A stretch of 41,704 nt of DNA from a virus. Shown here one piece after another: positions 40,445-41,704 of the stretch. The notes under the pieces were generated by a model. That model was given only the letters and a program-made list of their open reading frames with translations, did not search any database and was not told the origin of the DNA. Numbering within the stretch: the stretch's first letter is position 1; every line of letters begins with the position of its first letter. Location of the stretch: the IMG/VR virus record IMGVR_UViG_3300045988_041287, positions 1 to 41,704 of that record. One strand, 5' to 3'. A program made the translations under genes and the position numbers.

Positions 40445-40553
40445 TGAAACCGTTGGTATGACTGGCTTTGCGCCATTTCTTCCAAATTCCAGAAAACGCA
40501 GATACGCCGACCGGCGGCGCTGAAGCTCTCAGCGTCGCCCCCTTTTTGCCCGC

Positions 40554-40769
40554 TCACTCCGCGTCGTACAGCATCGTCAGCATACGGTTTATCTCGCACT
40601 TTTCCCAATTCCGGCAGCAGTACTCCCGTACCTGCCGCTTCTTTTCCGCCATGCGCTCATAACGCAGGACGATCTTTGATCGGTTTTCCAGCCCCTCGCA
40701 CTGGATCTCCCACTTGTTGTCCGCCTTGTAAAACGGGCAGCCCACGTCCGGGTTTTGCCATCCCTGCAT
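40554..40769 (-). CDS. Cys-rich small protein upstream of terS, 71 aa (possible late regulator)
   Basis: Trimmed to MQGWQNPDVGCPFYKADNKWEIQCEG...YCCRNWEKCEI. GGGAGG RBS. Confidence 0.55.
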   Translation of the reverse strand: MQGWQNPDVGCPFYKADNKWEIQCEGLENRSKIVLRYERMAEKKRQVREYCCRNWEKCEINRMLTMLYDAE

Positions 40770-41547
40770 CCTGCTCAACCTCCCACAGCTTGACGTAGCG
40801 TATGTACTGCGGCTCGATGCGGCTGTTCTCCGCCCGCTCCAACAGCGAGCACCCCGCCGGCACGCGCAGCTCGGCGTCGGAATGCACCGTGCGCTCATAG
40901 TCCGGCACTGGATGGATGAGATTGCGGCTCGGCTTGTAGCGCTTTTCGTCCTTCCCCGCCCGCACCTGGCGCAGGAGATATGCCACTAGGTCGTTGTGAT
41001 CCGGCTCATTCCAAAGCCGCTTGGCGCGCACCTCTCCGCAGCGCCACTTGTCCGCGCACGCCTGCGCGCTGTCCGGGTCTACGATCACATGGTGGTGCAG
41101 GCGCGCAGGCTCGCCCGTCTTGCCGTTGCGGTCTGACGTGATCGCGAAATATCGCGCGCACGCGCCCCCCTTCGCGCGCGCGCGACGAACTCTGCGTGTC
41201 CACAGCTCCAGCTCCCGCTCCGCCTGATCTCTGAGCGTGTCCTCCGTCAGCTCCTGCCCAAGTGCGCGCACCCGGTCTGCGAGCTTGCCGATCGCCTCGT
41301 CCGTGTAGGTCAGCTCCAGCAGCACGCCGTCTGTGCGGTAAAAGCTCGCGTTTACCATTCGGCATACCGCCCGCATTCCCTGTCCGGCTTTCCGCTCCTG
41401 CCGCGCGATCTCCCGTCTCGTTTTTTCCCGGTTTTGTGCAATGGCATCCGGCACGCGGAATTTGATCTTCTCCACCGTCTGTCCGACGGTGTAGCATCTC
41501 ACCTTCCACGTCCCTTCCTGCCGCACCGGCAGCCACCGTCTTTCCAT
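40657..41547 (-). CDS. HUH-superfamily rolling-circle replication initiator (Rep)
   Basis: Motif I LLELTYT, motif II RLHHHVIV, and downstream Tyr candidates (VAYLLRQ, RYKPS). The C-terminal ~37 aa overlap the next gene and may not be genuine. Confidence 0.6.
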   Translation of the reverse strand: MERRWLPVRQEGTWKVRCYTVGQTVEKIKFRVPDAIAQNREKTRREIARQERKAGQGMRAVCRMVNASFYRTDGVLLELTYTDEAIGKLADRVRALGQELTEDTLRDQAERELELWTRRVRRARAKGGACARYFAITSDRNGKTGEPARLHHHVIVDPDSAQACADKWRCGEVRAKRLWNEPDHNDLVAYLLRQVRAGKDEKRYKPSRNLIHPVPDYERTVHSDAELRVPAGCSLLERAENSRIEPQYIRYVKLWEVEQDAGMAKPGRGLPVLQGGQQVGDPVRGAGKPIKDRPAL

Positions 41548-41629
41548 CGCCCCGTCCCCTTTTTATATAAAATGGTCGTAAACCTTCGCGCCTAGCAAGT
41601 TCCGCTACGCGCCCGCGCGCGTATATATA

Positions 41630-41704
41630 ATGTATGTCCGCCAATCCCGGCGTCTCGATCCAGCGCGGCAAAACCGCGCTCGACCCAACCGCCCGAAAAA
41701 AAAT
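41630..41704. repeat. Terminal direct repeat (right copy), identical to 1-75
   Basis: Exact 75-nt identity with the start of the window. Confidence 0.95.

Overview
The window is a complete, circularly closed genome of a temperate dsDNA phage. Bases 1-75 are identical to 41630-41704, so the unique length is 41,629 bp. The host is probably a high-GC Gram-positive, Clostridia-like bacterium. This is inferred from GGAGG ribosome-binding sites, a GAAC-N4-GTTC LexA box, a Prp/L27-type head-processing protease and a Cse60-like gene. About 90% of the coding capacity is on the minus strand, and ATGA/GTGA start-stop overlaps are common. Going leftward on the minus strand, the layout is as follows. First come an HUH rolling-circle Rep and a Cys-rich small protein (41547-40554). 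Then terS, terL, portal, Prp protease, scaffold and an N4-gp56-like major capsid (40367-33740). Next are connector and tail proteins, including a tail spike with an S74 chaperone domain. A 2,762-aa polyvalent-type giant virion protein follows (28514-20226). After it come a collagen-like fibre plus a BspA-type LRR receptor-binding protein, and then a lysis cassette of membrane proteins, holin, amidase and a sigma-region-4-like protein. Three cargo genes lie next to attP. An early operon of small accessory genes occupies 8317-1170: an HNH-like protein, a 3D-domain protein, a disrupted C5-methyltransferase, DUF551, Cse60-like, Lar, and degenerate MazG-like and DUF4406-like genes. The plus strand carries the lysogeny functions: a CI-like XRE repressor, a lone membrane-anchored SWIM + Mrr-type nuclease ORF, a membrane-anchored XRE protein, and a tyrosine integrase with an attP containing a tRNA 3' end. 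It also carries a three-gene early operon driven by a consensus promoter. The most interesting observations are these. (1) The TM-SWIM-Mrr nuclease is a candidate prophage-encoded defence gene. (2) A family of co-oriented GC-rich hairpin elements is inserted in frame into four unrelated ORFs and also sits directly after two stop codons. (3) A precise 76-bp insert copied from the giant gene breaks the methyltransferase. (4) A 12-nt motif, GTGCACTAGAGA, occurs three times, each exactly 18 nt upstream of a -10-like hexamer. (5) A phage-encoded Prp protease is paired with LNIQLLA motifs on both scaffold and capsid. All functional calls come from reading the translations and motifs by eye; no database search was possible.
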